This document shows positions 11,640-25,732 of a stretch of DNA of 64,000 nt, one piece after another. Source of the DNA: Octopus vulgaris (lineage: Eukaryota). The position numbers and the translations under genes are program-made. Within the stretch, counting starts at the first letter, position 1. Every line of letters starts with the position of its first letter. The notes beneath the pieces are model-generated. The model did not search any database, had not been told where the DNA came from, and saw nothing but the letters and a program-made list of their open reading frames with translations. The DNA is taken from the NCBI GenBank assembly GCA_951406725.2, contig OX597819.1:33852001-33916000 (forward strand). Direction: 5' to 3'.

Positions 11640-12019
11640 TCTCTATATATATAAATGGCAAAATGTCTGTGTGTGTGTGTGTGTGTGTGCGTGTCCTTTA
11701 TACAAATCCACAATTTTTCAGTTAGAGGGCTCACACTTTCTATGGTCATTCAAACCTGTCCAAGGGTGGTTTTGCACATCTTTACATTTCCCCAGTCACC
11801 CGGCAAAGCCATTAAAAAATCAACAGAAGTGACTTTTTTGTGAATTTTCTATCCCAAGCCCAATCAAAATGCCCGAAACTTAATACGCCAATTGAATGCC
11901 AGCTAGCTGTATGTGATTGGTCGGAGATTTTGACAGTACTCACGTGTATGTGCGCATGCATGCAGCTGTATATGCATGCACTAGCACTATGACCCGGCAT
12001 TGCTGGGTCATAGTGCTAG
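11640..12019 (+). mobile_element. Non-autonomous Helitron
   Basis: 5' end A|TCTCTATATATATAAA, a subterminal GC hairpin gacccggca-t-tgctgggtc, and 3' end CTAG|T. No TSD. Confidence 0.8.
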
Positions 12020-12405
12020 TATATATATAAAGAGAAAGAGGGATTCAGGAAATGCAGACAAATACCTCAAGCAGTGTTCAGTGCAAAATCATGCCTAAGA
12101 GGATGTATAGAGAGAAAGGGTCATCTGGTAAATCCAAAGTGTTCTACAACCTGAACATCCTAGAAATGATCAACTGTGGCAGAACATGAAATAAAATAAT
12201 GAAAGGAATAAAGATGGTGGTACCACATTCATTAATCTGTTGTGGCCATTTCAATAATAGCTGGGAAATTGATGTATCAATCAATATACTGGATCTTATG
12301 TGCAAAAAATTATGGAAGTCTATAGGAGGGACTTAGAGTGTCTTAGCAGAAGAGCAATCGGTTTCGCTATTTTTAAGCACAGACTTTGTGCCAATAGTAG
12401 AAAAG

Positions 12406-12460
<55 letters not shown>

Positions 12461-12461
12461 G

Positions 12462-12647
12462 GAAGGCAGTGTGCTAACAGAATTGTTAGCATGCCTGGCA
12501 AAGTGCCTTGCAGCATTTCATCTATCTTTTCGTTCTGAGATCAAATTCCTTTTGGGGTCGATACATTAAGTACCAGTGAAACACTGGGGCTGATGTAGTT
12601 GACTAGTCCCTTCCAAAATTTCAGGCAGTGTGCCTTCAGTAGAAAGG

Positions 12648-12650
<3 letters not shown>
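12462..12650 (+). mobile_element. SINE family B copy between (ATT)n tracts
   Basis: Matches other family B copies (ttctgagatcaaattcc...ggggtcgat..taagtaccag). Confidence 0.7.
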
Positions 12651-12703
<53 letters not shown>

Positions 12704-12704
<1 letters not shown>

Positions 12705-13257
12705 GAGTGAGAGAGCAGTGCATACCACCAAATTGACACTGAGGTAAAATATACGAAGCCCAGTATACCCATCATGACTACCAAGATGATAAGAGTACAC
12801 CAGGCACTTGCACCACAACCATATGTGCACGACATAGTAATCTCATATCAAAATAAACAGCACATGACCTTGCAGGTAGGGCGCGGTTAGAATTTTCGAC
12901 AGATCAAGTAGCCCATCCTGCCCAAAAGCACCTGAATATAGGTTGTTTAAGGATGTTGAACAAAACACCCATGTTTCCGAAGGTGAATTATCCAAACCCC
13001 AAAGAATTCCCTTCACCACATGGCTATGATGCTCCCCTACTACTTCTGCTTGTGATCTGCGATACACATATCGTCAGCCCCTACGGGACATGCTCAACTG
13101 GTTATGGTCAAACAACTGACAAGTAAATCTGTGGTATTGAGCAGAATATTTGCAGTAGGCCATCTTTTATACTAAGACAAAACAATGTACATGATAACAT
13201 TTCCAATCAGTTAAAATCAGAAGCCATGAGAGCCACTGCCTGCTACTGCATCAGGGC

Positions 13258-13260
<3 letters not shown>
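12704..13260 (-). mobile_element. ~550-bp interspersed repeat embedded in (AAT)n, possibly a non-coding derivative of a microsatellite-targeting LINE (Dong/R4-like)
   Basis: A complex, relatively GC-richer block with sharp boundaries and (TAT)n on both sides, and no convincing ORF. The family assignment is inference. Confidence 0.45.
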
Positions 13261-13293
<33 letters not shown>

Positions 13294-13297
13294 CATT

Positions 13298-13520
13298 AAG
13301 GTGGTGAGTAGGCAGAATCATTAACATGCCAGACAAAAGGCTTAGCAGCATTTCTTCTGGTTTTATGTTCTGAGTTCAATTTCCACCAAGGCTAACTTTG
13401 CCTTCTGTCCATTTATTGGGGGAGGGTTGAGTTCAATGAAATAAGTGACTAGTTGAGTACTCAAATCAACATAAACAATGTAAATTTCAGGCCTTGTGCC
13501 TATGGTAGAAAGGAATATTA
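13298..13520 (+). mobile_element. SINE family B copy
   Basis: ggtggtgagtaggcagaatcattaacatgcc...ttctgagttcaatttcc...tagaaaggaatattatt. Confidence 0.7.
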
Positions 13521-13530
13521 TTATAATTTA

Positions 13531-13543
13531 TGTTGTTGTTGTT

Positions 13544-13574
<31 letters not shown>

Positions 13575-13621
13575 CAGCAGCAGCAGCAGTAGCAGTAGTA
13601 GTGGCTGTGGCTGTGGTGGTG

Positions 13622-13671
<50 letters not shown>

Positions 13672-13708
13672 GGTGGTGGTGGTGGTGGTGGTAGTAGTAG
13701 TAGTAGTA
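13531..13708. repeat. Compound trinucleotide microsatellite (GTT/GTA/GCA/GTG)
   Basis: Directly visible; it is the source of the poly-S/G/V/T ORFs. Confidence 0.9.
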
Positions 13709-13927
13709 CATGTGAAAATGCACAAAGTGCATATATCAAGACGTATAATACATCCTGCTGTTATGCCACACGCATACTCAACACACAACACACCTACACA
13801 CACATACGCTTACGCACCTACACACGTCAGAAATGGTGAATCAGACAAGAACCCCAGAAGTTACCTAAGTGGGGATGGATGTCAGAAGAAGCAAAATATG
13901 TACAATAAATAGATGCTTGTGTCTCTA

Positions 13928-13959
<32 letters not shown>

Positions 13960-13964
<5 letters not shown>

Positions 13965-14430
13965 ACGTGCACGTGTATGTGTATGTGTGTGTGTGCATGC
14001 ACATGTGTGTAGCATGCGATATATGTAAATATGGATGTCTCTCTATGTACATGCATATGTGTATGTGTTATGTGTGCATGCTTACATGTGCGTGTGTGTG
14101 TGTGTATACACATGCTCACGTGTATGTATGTGTGTGTGTGTATGTGTGTGCATGCACATGTGTGTAGCATGCGATATATGTAAATATGGATGTCTCTCTA
14201 TGTACATGCATATGTATATGTGTTATGTGTGCATGCTTACATGTGTGTGTGTGTGTGTATACACATGCTCACGTGTGTGTGTGTGTGCATGCACATGTGT
14301 GTAGCATGCGATATATGTAAATATGGATGTCTCTCTATGTACATCCATATGTATATGTGTTATGTGTGCATGCTTACATATGTGTGTGTGTGTACATGCT
14401 CATGTGTGTATGTGCATGCGTATGTGTGCT
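13960..14430. repeat. Three tandem ~140-155 bp units built from purine-pyrimidine alternating sequence
   Basis: gcatgcacatgtgtgtagcatgcgatatatgtaaatatggatgtctctctatgtacat recurs at ~13995, ~14150 and ~14287. Confidence 0.85.
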
Positions 14431-14520
14431 AAATATTCACTATATTTGTGTATATATGTCAGCATGGAAAATAGACATAAAACGATGCAATTGATGATGG
14501 TGATGATGATGATGATGATG

Positions 14521-14554
<34 letters not shown>

Positions 14555-15162
14555 CGACGATGATAATGTAACATTTAACATGTATATATAAGAGTAAGAT
14601 GTAATTTGCATGTGTGTTTGTATTTATGCACAACATTCAATAAGTATTACTGCAGCATGAGATATACCTCCACCCACCCCTCACTTCCTCGATCTTTCCT
14701 ATTGATACACACAACGATAGTTATACATGTTTTATTCTCATACAGAAGAGAAAAATAGAGAAAGAGAAGGAAAGAGAGAGAGAGAGAGAGAGAGAGAAAG
14801 TGTGTGTGTGTGGTTTGTCCATACTGGCTAAAGTTGGATGGTCCACCGCAGTTCAAGTCCAATCTCATATGGAGTTAGTGCCCTCTTAAATGGTTGAGTA
14901 CTATGTCTCGCTCACTCATTCCATGTTCGGCGTGGATTCTACACATACGCACACACACACACACAGAGAAACATACACATGCATATGTACATATATCTCC
15001 ATGTGCATATATACACACACACACACACGTGCACATAAATTTGTATTCGTGTTTATTTATCCCCATCAGCAGCAGCAGCAGCGTCGTTTGATGATACTGA
15101 TGATGATGATAAATGTGTATATATATATTCATACACACATACACATATGTATGTACATATGT

Positions 15163-15237
<75 letters not shown>

Positions 15238-15266
15238 TATATACACAAACACACATACATATTTAT

Positions 15267-15309
<43 letters not shown>

Positions 15310-15321
15310 TACATGCCATGC

Positions 15322-15352
<31 letters not shown>

Positions 15353-16452
15353 GACACCTGTCTATAATTATATATACACATATCTAAGTACATTCACACA
15401 TACACACACGTGCCACACAATACATAGCAAACATGCACACACGCACACATACACACGTATGTACATAGACACACATACACACACACGCGCACACATAGTT
15501 AGAAACAATTTAATATAGATGCAACAGAACCATGCAATAATATAAATCAAGTATGTATATGCATTACATAACAAATGTATGTATGTGTGTGTGTGTGTAT
15601 GATTAAGCATGCATATGTGTGTGTGTGTGTATGATTAAGCATGCATATGTGTGTGTGTGTGTTAGCAAGAGAGTTGGATGGATTACATGTGTTTTCGTAT
15701 GACATTATGGTCGTTTGTATGTGTGTCAAATCAGATTATTTTTTTACATAAATTTATAAACAAATAGTCATATTTACATTTTACATATGTGAGTCTTTGA
15801 CAGAGTGTGAACTTTTCAAAACAATTGTGTTTTTAAGGTCAATGGTATTGTTTGCTTTCTTGGAACCCATGTTTTCTCTGGTCTTACTGTCTTCCTTAGA
15901 TTTAATGTTGGTGGTGTCAGAAATGGTGTTGGTGGTGATGGTGGTAAAGTTTTGAGGAATGGTTATTATGATGTTAGCAGCGTCGGTGACAAGCCGGCAC
16001 AGACAGGAATATGCTGTTCCAAAAGTATTTAAGCAGAGCCTTCTCAAAACATTACACTGAGAAACTTCATTATGAGAAAGAGAAAGTGAATATGTTTGTG
16101 TATTTGTGTGTCTCTGTGTGTGTGTGTAAGAGAGAGAAAGAAAAGGGCAGGAGAAAAGATAGAGAGAGGAGCAGAGAGAGAGAGTCACTAAGACAAAGTT
16201 TTTCTTGCCACTAGCAGCTAGTCTGGGTATATGCTTCCTTCATCTGTGTCATAGATATATCCTGATAGTCTTGCAAAAGAAAAAAAAACACACACACACA
16301 CACACATACACCCTGCCAAAAGCAAGAACCCCCACCTCACACTCTCACATTATCACTCATATCTCTACTCTCCACCCTGCAAGCACTATATTTGGATTCC
16401 TTGTCCACCTTAAGCTGTTACTAATGGTAAATAAGGAACTTTTGTCCCATAT

Positions 16453-16697
16453 ACGTATGTATGTATGTATGTATGTATGTATGTATGTATGTATGTATGT
16501 ATATGTGTGTGTGTGTATGTATGTATGTATGTATGTATGTATGTGTGTGTGTATGTATGTATGTGTGTGTGTATGTATGTATGTATGTATGTATGTATGT
16601 ATGTATGTGTGTGTGTGTATGTATGTATGTATGTATGTATGTATGTATGTATGTATGTGTGTGTATGTATGTATGTATGTATGTATGTATGTATGTG
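16453..16697. repeat. (TATG)n/(TG)n microsatellite
   Basis: Directly visible; similar tracts lie at 23542-23715, 24118-24260 and 45230-45405. Confidence 0.9.
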
Positions 16698-17039
16698 CAA
16701 GCTCCTCTGTTCTGCGAGAGGATGTAAGGTTCTACCAAGACAGGCAGACAGGAACAAATATATATATAAATACGTATATGTATTCAGAATTACAGAAACA
16801 GATTTATACATTATACATTCCTATATATACAATACATAAGAATATACATTCACATAAATATGCATGCATATACATACAAACATGCATACATATATGTGTG
16901 TGTGTGTGTGTGTGTGTCTATGTTAAATTACATTTTTATTGTTTTTCTTTTTTATTACTAAACCTTTTATCTAAGTGTCTAAGTCCAGCCCATGCCAGTG
17001 TGGAAAACAAATGTTTGATGATGATGATGATGATGAGGG

Positions 17040-17084
<45 letters not shown>

Positions 17085-17882
17085 CGATGACGATGATGAC
17101 GACAACAACAACAATAACGATTATGGTGATGTTTCTACCTGAGCTCCACACCCAGAACATTAAAACGCACGCATCAAATGTAGGAAGACTGATTGAAAAG
17201 TGCTTAAATAAATAAATATATATATATATATATATATAAATTGAAGATTTTACATGGAAATGGTAAATCTGTAAATACAATACCCACATTACATCACCAC
17301 TACTGTCAGCTGATTGAGAAATGTGGTCCCTCTCTTGAGACATTTCTTAATTTCCACTTGAAATCTTTCATCTTCAACAAAAAGAGGTTCTATACTTTGC
17401 TATACGCCATCAGTTGTAAACAATCAGGGCCTTTGTTTCTTTTCACTCCGGAAGTGTTTGGGTGTGGTGAGCTTCATGGTTGAAAAATTGAAAAAAAAAA
17501 ACTCCTAAACGCCGCCTAAAGTAATGCCATCTGTGAATAATACATTTGTAAATAGTCTAATACTTAGCTGATGGCCTACTTTTATTTTGGCTGACCAATC
17601 TATTTTTAGCTTCACTGAGTTTTTAACAAGGGGGTTTTCCAGTTCCTGCTGTCTTATATCTTTTACTTGTTTCATACATTAGACTATGCATATACCGGGG
17701 CATTACCTTGAAGGGGTTAGTCAAATAAATCAAGCTGAGTAGTTATTTTCCAGCCTAGTACTTATTCTATGAATTTCTGTTTTGCTGAACTGCTAAGTTA
17801 CAAGGACTTAACCACACCAGCACCAGTTGTCAAGAGGTAGTGGGGGGGGGAGATAAATACATGCACAAAGACACACATACAC

Positions 17883-18440
17883 ATCATCGTTTAACGTCCG
17901 CTTTCCATGCTAGCATGGGTTGGACAACTTGACTGAGGTCTGGCAAACCAGATGGCTGCACCAGGCTTCAATCTTGATCTGGCAGAGTTTCTACAGCTGG
18001 ATGACCTTCCTAACTCCAACCACTCCGAGAGTGTAGTGGGTGCTTTAACGTGCCACCAACATGGGGCCAGTCAGGCGGTACTGGCAACGACCTCGCTCGA
18101 ATCTTTTACATATGCCACCAGCACAGGTACCAGTCAGGTGATGCTGGTAATGATTATGCTCAGATGGTGTCTTTTACATGCCACCAGCACGAAGGCCAGA
18201 TTGCCACTCTGGCAACGATCAAGCTCGGATAGTGCTCTTAACACCCTACTAAGCATGGGGCTCGAGTGCCAGTAAGGCAATGCTGGTAATGATCACACTC
18301 AAATGGTGCCTTTTATGTGTCACTGGCACGGAAGCCGGTTAGCCGCTCTGTCAACGATCACACTCGTATGGTGCTCTTTGCACCCCGCTAGCATAGATGC
18401 CAGCCATCGAATTTGATTTTGATTTTGATTTCACTTGCCT
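17883..18440 (-). mobile_element. RTE-LINE 3' UTR fragment with internal tandem subrepeats
   Basis: The tail catcatcgtttaacgtccgctttccatgctagcatgggttggac is shared with 22570-22970, 46728-46895 and 56655-56912. It carries repeated tgccaccagcac units. Confidence 0.75.
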
Positions 18441-18599
18441 ACACACCAATGTACCCATGCATATATAAATAAATGTAATAGTGTGGTTGGACAATGTAAT
18501 GCAAGCAAGTGTATACATTGTGAAGTTCTGGGATTCATTAAGGTTTTTTTCCAGTCACATAACTGCTAAAATGTTCATTACAAATGAGGTTTTATTGCT

Positions 18600-20200
18600 T
18601 TATGGTTATATTGTAGTAAATGTGGAGTACATACATTGGTCAAACTACTCAAGCTTTGCATCACTGTCTCAATGGTCATAGGTAGACAGCTAAGTAAGTT
18701 AGCTAGGTTGCAGTATATTTATGAACGTTTCGAGAAACATAATGAAGGATTTAAGTGGCGATGGATACAGATAATTGATCAGGTGTCTGATGAAGCTAAC
18801 TCAACTGAGCAAACACTGTAGAAAAGAGAACATTTTGAGGTTAGGACACTACAGTTTATAGCTTTGGGGCTTAAATGATAGGGTTAAGAGGGCGGAAATA
18901 CTGTTACATAGTGAAAAGGAAAATACTGTTCATGTTCTTTTCGCAGCTAATTGTAAGAAAGCAACATAGCCATGGTAAGAGAATGAATGATAGTAAAAAA
19001 GTATGTAAAGATTTACAGATAATGTAGAAGGGGCTTAATGGATTCTATACAAAAGGGAAGTTGTATGAATGCTATGTTTTGCTGAGATTGTATTCATTTA
19101 GAATATTTGAAAGATTAAAAAGCATATGTGTTAATAACATTATAGTTGCTCATTTTTTAATTAATGGTTTTTGCAGTCATGGATTTAAAGATGCAAAGGA
19201 TTAGGCCAAAAATGGTCTAGAAAAAGATTATAACAGTGCCTTCGGTTAATAAATCTATAGTTAATATGCAATTAAATACAATTTTTTAGAATAAGAATAT
19301 ACAGAGTCATCTACAAAGTTCAAGAACTGAAATTATGTGTTAGCCATTCAAGTCAACCAATGGATCGGTAGGAAATCATGTTCATTTAATGTTCACTCTC
19401 CATGCTGGCATGGGTTAGATGGTTCAACAGGGGCTGATAAGCCGGAGAACTGCACTAGGTTCCACTCTAATTTGGTATGGCTTCTACAGCTGGATGCCCT
19501 TCATAACATCAACCATTCCAGGAGTGTAATGGGTGTTTTACATGCCACCAGCACAGGTGCAATTTACATGACACTGGCAACGACCACGACTATGATTCAC
19601 AGGTTCCATTTCCATGGTCCCAGCCACAACCACGACTACAATTCCTGAGTGCCATTCACATGTCACTGGCACTTAATTATAATAAATACATATCTAGGCT
19701 AGACATGGAAAATTTCAAGGAGACTTGTCTAAGTTCATGTGACTGTCAAACTCCTGGTTTTAGCAAGGAAGAATAAGAGCATGTTTATACAGGGAACTTA
19801 AATGTGATTCATAATAGGGAATTAAGGACTTAAGCATGTTGATGATGAAATGAACAAAATATAGGGAATCTGAAATAGTTGTAAGTTTTAAATTACATGT
19901 TTTGTTCTAAAAATCAGTGGAAAGTTTTGTGGATAAAACTTAGTGTTAGATACTAGATTTTTGTTTTGAAAATCAGAGATCGAAGGTAATTAACATCATT
20001 ATTAGAAAGATTAGAGGGTTGGCACTTAATGACATAAAACATTCAGTCTTTAATTAGTACAAGTTAGACAATACCTAAGTGAGTTGAATAAAAAGCATTA
20101 AAGTGCTGGTGAACAGTAATTTTGTAATTGTGAGTAAAATATCTTAAGTGAAAGTATTGGCCAAGGAATTGGAATAACACATTTGATAGTAAAAAAATAT
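18600..20200 (+). pseudogene. Possible highly degraded hAT-type transposase
   Basis: IIDQVSDEANSTEQ resembles the hAT/ZMYM1-like DExTDxSxxEQ motif, followed by an LRG.. segment. It is interrupted by an RTE 3' fragment at ~19380-19670. Confidence 0.25.
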
Positions 20201-20235
20201 CAGGTACTGAAGAGATCAAGACAAAGAGAGATTAA

Positions 20236-21004
20236 CCCTTAAAAGGCAGGAAAGGGTAACATGAATGTGTGCAGTAAATGGGCCCAAAACAAAAACAAAT
20301 ACCTCTCTTTCCTTAGGGTAATTTTTATTCTTAATTTCACTTTAAATAAATAAGTACAAAAATACTATAATAATTGTTAAGCCCTCACACAAATAAAATT
20401 TACAATCTCATTATCTAAATTTAAGCTTCAAATTTTGGCACTAGGCCAGCAAATTCTGGGGAGGGGTTAAGTTTATTACTTCAACCCCAGTGTTTCACTG
20501 GTACTTATTTTATTGACCCTGAAAGGATGAAAGGCAAAGTCAACCCCAGCAAAATTTGAACTTGGAATGCAAAGACAGATGAAATGCTACTAAGCATTTT
20601 GCCCAGTGTGGTAACAATTCTACCAGCTCACCACCCTAGTGCTATAAAATATTCACTTTTCTTTTCATTTAGTGTGAGCATAAAATCATTTGAGATTCCC
20701 ACATTGTTATTGTCAAATGACTGTACAAATGGACAAAAATCAGAGTACTTTCTCCACCTGAAACTAATTGAAGCATTGCTTTCTTCTGTGCTACTTAGGA
20801 CATCATTATTATCAATCTACCACATCTGATAAGAAAGTCGGAAAAAAACTATTTCATTACTGTGTAAATCTTCCATTTGCAATTTGATTTTCCTATTGAT
20901 TAAGGCTACATATACATAGACACATTCAACTAAATAAATGCTTAATTGATGATGTCTGCTGTTCTCTAATGAAACACCAATTGATGATGTCCACCATTTA
21001 AGGG
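20236..21004. mobile_element. piggyBac-like non-autonomous element containing a SINE B insertion (20425-20636)
   Basis: TTAA|cccttaaaaggc ... ccatttaaggg|TTAA. Confidence 0.6.
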
Positions 21005-22108
21005 TTAAATGCTAAATCTGAAGAGCTGAATGGCAATTATGTTAAAGAAAAGAACTGTTGTATTCTAAAACATTTTTTGAACCAAGTTACACAAAGGTAC
21101 CTTATGAAAGCTGAAGCAAAGAAAAGTAAACAGACAAATAGCAGCTTCAGCAAACAAAGCATTAAGTGTGACTAGAGCATCTTTATTAAGTACTGTGAAG
21201 CCAGTTACTAAAATATCGGGGTTTGTTTATTATGGAATTTGGATTATTTTAGGAAAACTTAGGGATATGAAAGTAATTAGGACAATGAGTGCATATAACT
21301 TTTCTATTTAGAGTTAAAAACTTGTAGAGGAGAGAATATTTAAATTAATAGATCTAATGTGTGGAGGGAAATTTAAATATATTTTGGTTAAGAACGAAGA
21401 GTGTTTATTCACCATTTGCTATATTAGAGGCAACAAATCTCATCTAGCCACATGGCTAGCTGTGAGTACACATCATTGATAAGACCCAAAATGATATGAC
21501 CCAAACACATCAGTGATAGGCCAAATGAATCTGGTACTCTCATTACCTGCTGCTGGAATGATTTCTCATCTTCCTCTAATATATTGTTTTTAAATATAGA
21601 ACATCCATTAGAGATGTTACCACAGATGAATACCACAATTATTTGCCTCTCAACAATGTATATACATTAAGTATGATACATAGATGGCTATTTTAATTTG
21701 ATACTACTTTGCTTTCAATTGAATAAACTGAATTTTTATTCGGCCAGGTAAACTATTCACAGTACCAGTGAATGCTTTATTCTCTGTTTCTTATATTGGT
21801 AACAGCAGCAAGTCTCAACTAGGTATATGGTTGGCAGTGAGTATGTATCATTGAAAAGGCCCAACTAGGCTGAAACATATCTAGTGCTCTTGCCTGTCAC
21901 TACTTGGATGATTTTTCATCACCATCCGACATAAATAGTAGATTTTAAACACAGGGTATTTCATAAGAGATGGTAACTCAAATGAACACTTAAATAACTT
22001 GCCTGTCAATGAAGAATATTGGATATATATGAGAGTGTGTGCATGTGTGCCATCATCGTTTAACATCCATTTTCCATAATGTATATATGTATACAGATAA
22101 ACAGCTAT

Positions 22109-22174
<66 letters not shown>

Positions 22175-22569
22175 GGATGGATGGATAGACAGATAGAGAG
22201 AGAGGGAGGAGAGAGGGAAAGAGAAAGAAACATTATTCATAGATGATATGGAAGAACTGATTCACACTATACTTGTCTAATCTATAAGTGGAGCTGTCAA
22301 AATATGCAATTAATTCTAATTGTTGTCTTGTTCATTAAAAACACTATAGTCTATAAGTGGCTTTCTCTATTGTAAAATCTATTGTAAAAGGAAATACATA
22401 CATATAAATTCTCAAAGAAATAAATATAATTTGTCCTCTATGTCCAGTCAATATTGTAATAAAAATATTTTATTTTTTACTAATTATCATGTGTTAGTTT
22501 AATGTCAATATGGATGTGTTTTTTAACTCTTCTACTTTGTTAAATACATATGTACATACATACATCTAT

Positions 22570-22970
22570 CATCATCATCATCATCATCATGTAGCATCTG
22601 CTTTCCATGCTGGCATGGGTCAGATGGCTTGACTGGAACTGGTAAGCTGGAGTGCTGCACCAAGTTCCAGACTGATTTGGCATGGTTTCTACAGCTTGAT
22701 GCCCTTCCTAACATCAACCACTCCAAAAGTGTAATGGGTGCTTTTATGTGCCACCAGCACAAGTGTCAGTCATGTGACACCAGCATCTGCCACAACTAGA
22801 ATTTCACTTGGCTTGAGAAGTCTTCTCAAACACAGCATACTGCCAAAGGTTTTGGTCACTTGTCATCACCTCTGTGAGGTCTAATATTCAAAGATCATGT
22901 TTCATCACCTCATCCCATGTCTTCTTGGGTCTACTGCTTCCACAGGTTTCCTCCACAGTCAGAGATTGAT
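22570..22970 (-). mobile_element. RTE-clade LINE 3' end (ORF C-terminus, UTR and (GAT)n tail)
   Basis: The - strand reads LTVEETCGSSRPKKTWDEVMKHDL..LDLTEVMTSDQNLWQYAVFEKT (GRPxxTW...DRxxWR motif), followed by the UTR and a (GAT)n tail. Confidence 0.8.
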
Positions 22971-25082
22971 CAGCACATACATACATATATGTGCATGTGT
23001 GTATCTAAAAGATCATACCGAGTCAGAAAACTACTGTGTTGTGTGGACGCCCCCAGATGATGAAGTAGGCTAGCCCAATACGTAGATATATAGAGAGAAG
23101 TCTAGATGTCGGGAGTTGAGTAGAGGTTATCAGAACGTGTGATATAACATACTTAAAGATAGAATATTATTTATAAGCTATGAAAGAACTCATTAACAAC
23201 ATTTAGTCATTTGGTTTCCAAGAAAGAGCACAAAAGTTTAAGAAAAAGATTTTATAAGTTGTTGGTGACTACATTGAATGCCTTTTGCTTGTTTCAGTCA
23301 CTGGACTGCAGCCATACTGGAGCACCACCTTGAAGGGTTTAATCAAGTATCTCTATCTATGAGTGCTTACTTTTAAGCCTGGCACTTATTTTATCAGTTT
23401 CTTTTTGCAGAACCAGTATGTTATGAGGATGTCAACAAACCAATACCAGTTGTCAAGGAGTGGGAAGGACAAACATAACACAAACACAAAGTCACTCACA
23501 CTCACATCTGTTTGTCTCTCTGCCTGTTTATCCGTCCACCCGTATGTATGTATGTATGTATGTATGTATGTATGTATGTATGTATGTATGTATGTATGTA
23601 TGTATGTATGTATGTATGTATGCATGCATGTATGATGCATGTATGCATGTATTTATGCATATGTGTGTGTGTGTGTGTGTGTGTGCATGTGCGTGTGTGT
23701 GTGTATGTGTGTGTCAGGAACATGCCAACTAGGTAGGCAAGGTTGGTAGTGCCTACCTTGAATCAAATAGATCGATAGTAACATTTTCCTTGCATGGCAA
23801 AATATGTACCTAATTCAATAAAATTATGACAGTTACTCTGATTACTATGCATAAAATGCAAAATATTTAAATTTTTTGTAGATTAGGTAGGCATAATTCA
23901 CCCCTGCCTTTCAATGTCAGTATTTAAGCTATGCACAATACTGCTGTAGCACATGTGCTGCATGCATTCCTACAACAACGTTTTCTTTACATGCTATAAA
24001 GGCAGAAGTAAATCTGCTTTGACTCAGTTGCACATATGTCTTGTTTATTTTAGTGTATTTTACTACATAAAGGTTACCAACTGCCTACTCTGAGTAATTA
24101 ATGATGGCACATGCTTGGTATGTATGTATGTATGTATGTATGTATGTATGTATGTATGTATGTATGTATGTATGTATGTATGTATGTATGTATGTATGTA
24201 TGTATGTATGTATGTATGTATGTATGTACGTATGTATGCATGCATACATGTATTTATGTATGTATATATGTAGGTGTGTATGTATATGACGGGCTTCTTT
24301 CAGTTTCTGTCAACCAAATCCACTCACAAGGATTTGGTCACCCTGAGGATATTGTAGAAGAAAACTGCCCAAGGTGAAGTACAATGCAGTGAGACTGAAC
24401 CCATGACTTCGTGATTGGGAAGCAAGCTTCTCAACCACATAGCCAGGCATCTATATTTAAATCCATTTTCACAGTGTCTATCACTCTGAAAATTGATCCA
24501 CTTCAATTTCAAACTCTCAAAGATGGCTACAAATAAAAAAAAATTAATTACTTTTCCTATTCTTTATATATATATATATATATTTATATGTGTGTGTGTG
24601 TGTGTGTGTATAAAACAATATATTCTTTTTCAATGCTAATCAAAATTCACCATTAGAAACAAAAAAATAAACCTGAATAACTCAACATTAAATTGGTTAA
24701 AAGACTGGAAATTTGTTAGTTCAACCAAATAAACAAAATGAAGTACAAAATTCAATTTACACACACATTCAAACTGTACACTATATACCAATATATATAT
24801 GTTTGTGTGTGTGTGTATGTGTATATGTATATTTATATATATATATGAGTGTGCATGTGTGTGTATATATATATATATATATGAGTGTGTGTGTATACAT
24901 ATATGGGTGTGGGTGGGTGTGTATATACCCAGTGCAGTCCCATGAGCATCCTTTGAAATTTTCTTCTGGAAGGGTTTTTTTAAACTAATATTTAAGCACT
25001 ATTATTTATAGTTTTGGCTTTGAGTTTCACCATTCTAAAAAAAATTCAGGTTCTTTTGCAGTTCATGAATATTTATGACATC

Positions 25083-25125
<43 letters not shown>

Positions 25126-25152
25126 CATACTCACACACACACACATATAGAT

Positions 25153-25406
25153 CAGGGTCGCCAACTATTGCAACCATCAGGCTATGGATCATTTGGTACC
25201 AGGCTACACAATACGAATAAATTTTAAAATTTTGTTTCTATTTTATTGGCTATTGCAGTCAGTAGGGTGCACTTGCATTATATATGCATTATATATGTAA
25301 TAATTAAATTATGCACATGATTCCCCAGGCTGTGCAAAGAATTGTCTTGCATGAAACCACCCAGTTTGTGGTGCAAAAATGGAAAAGAAAAAATTGAGGA
25401 CCACTG
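25153..25406. mobile_element. hAT (Charlie-like) MITE
   Basis: Termini cagggtcgccaac...ttgaggaccactg, with an 8-bp TSD atatagat/ctatagat. Confidence 0.7.
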
Positions 25407-25671
25407 CTATAGATGACTTGGAGGCTAGAATATTTAATGTGATTCACTGAATTATTGGAAAATCAGCTGCAAAAATCATTTCTTGAACTTCAGAATCCTA
25501 TAATGGTTTGCATATGTAATAATATTGGGTATGCTGAAAATTAACCACCTCAAGAATAAATCTATTTAAAAATGTAATAATTTCTTTCACTTCTCATTTA
25601 TTCAGATAATTCTGTCAATACAGAATTAAAGTTATACAAATTTAGAACTGCACAAATACTTTATATTAACC

Positions 25672-25732
<61 letters not shown>

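Noticed and set aside
13453-13912. Poly-Ser/Gly, poly-Val and poly-Thr ORFs
   Set aside because: All frames are open only because of a compound trinucleotide repeat, and the starts lie in a SINE.
16205-17215. Longest ORF (336 aa)
   Set aside because: It is a translation of (TATG)n, (TG)n and (GAT)n microsatellites with no protein-like domain.
23037-23201. Possible short solo LTR (TGTTG...CAACA)
   Set aside because: It is only 165 bp and has no target-site duplication.
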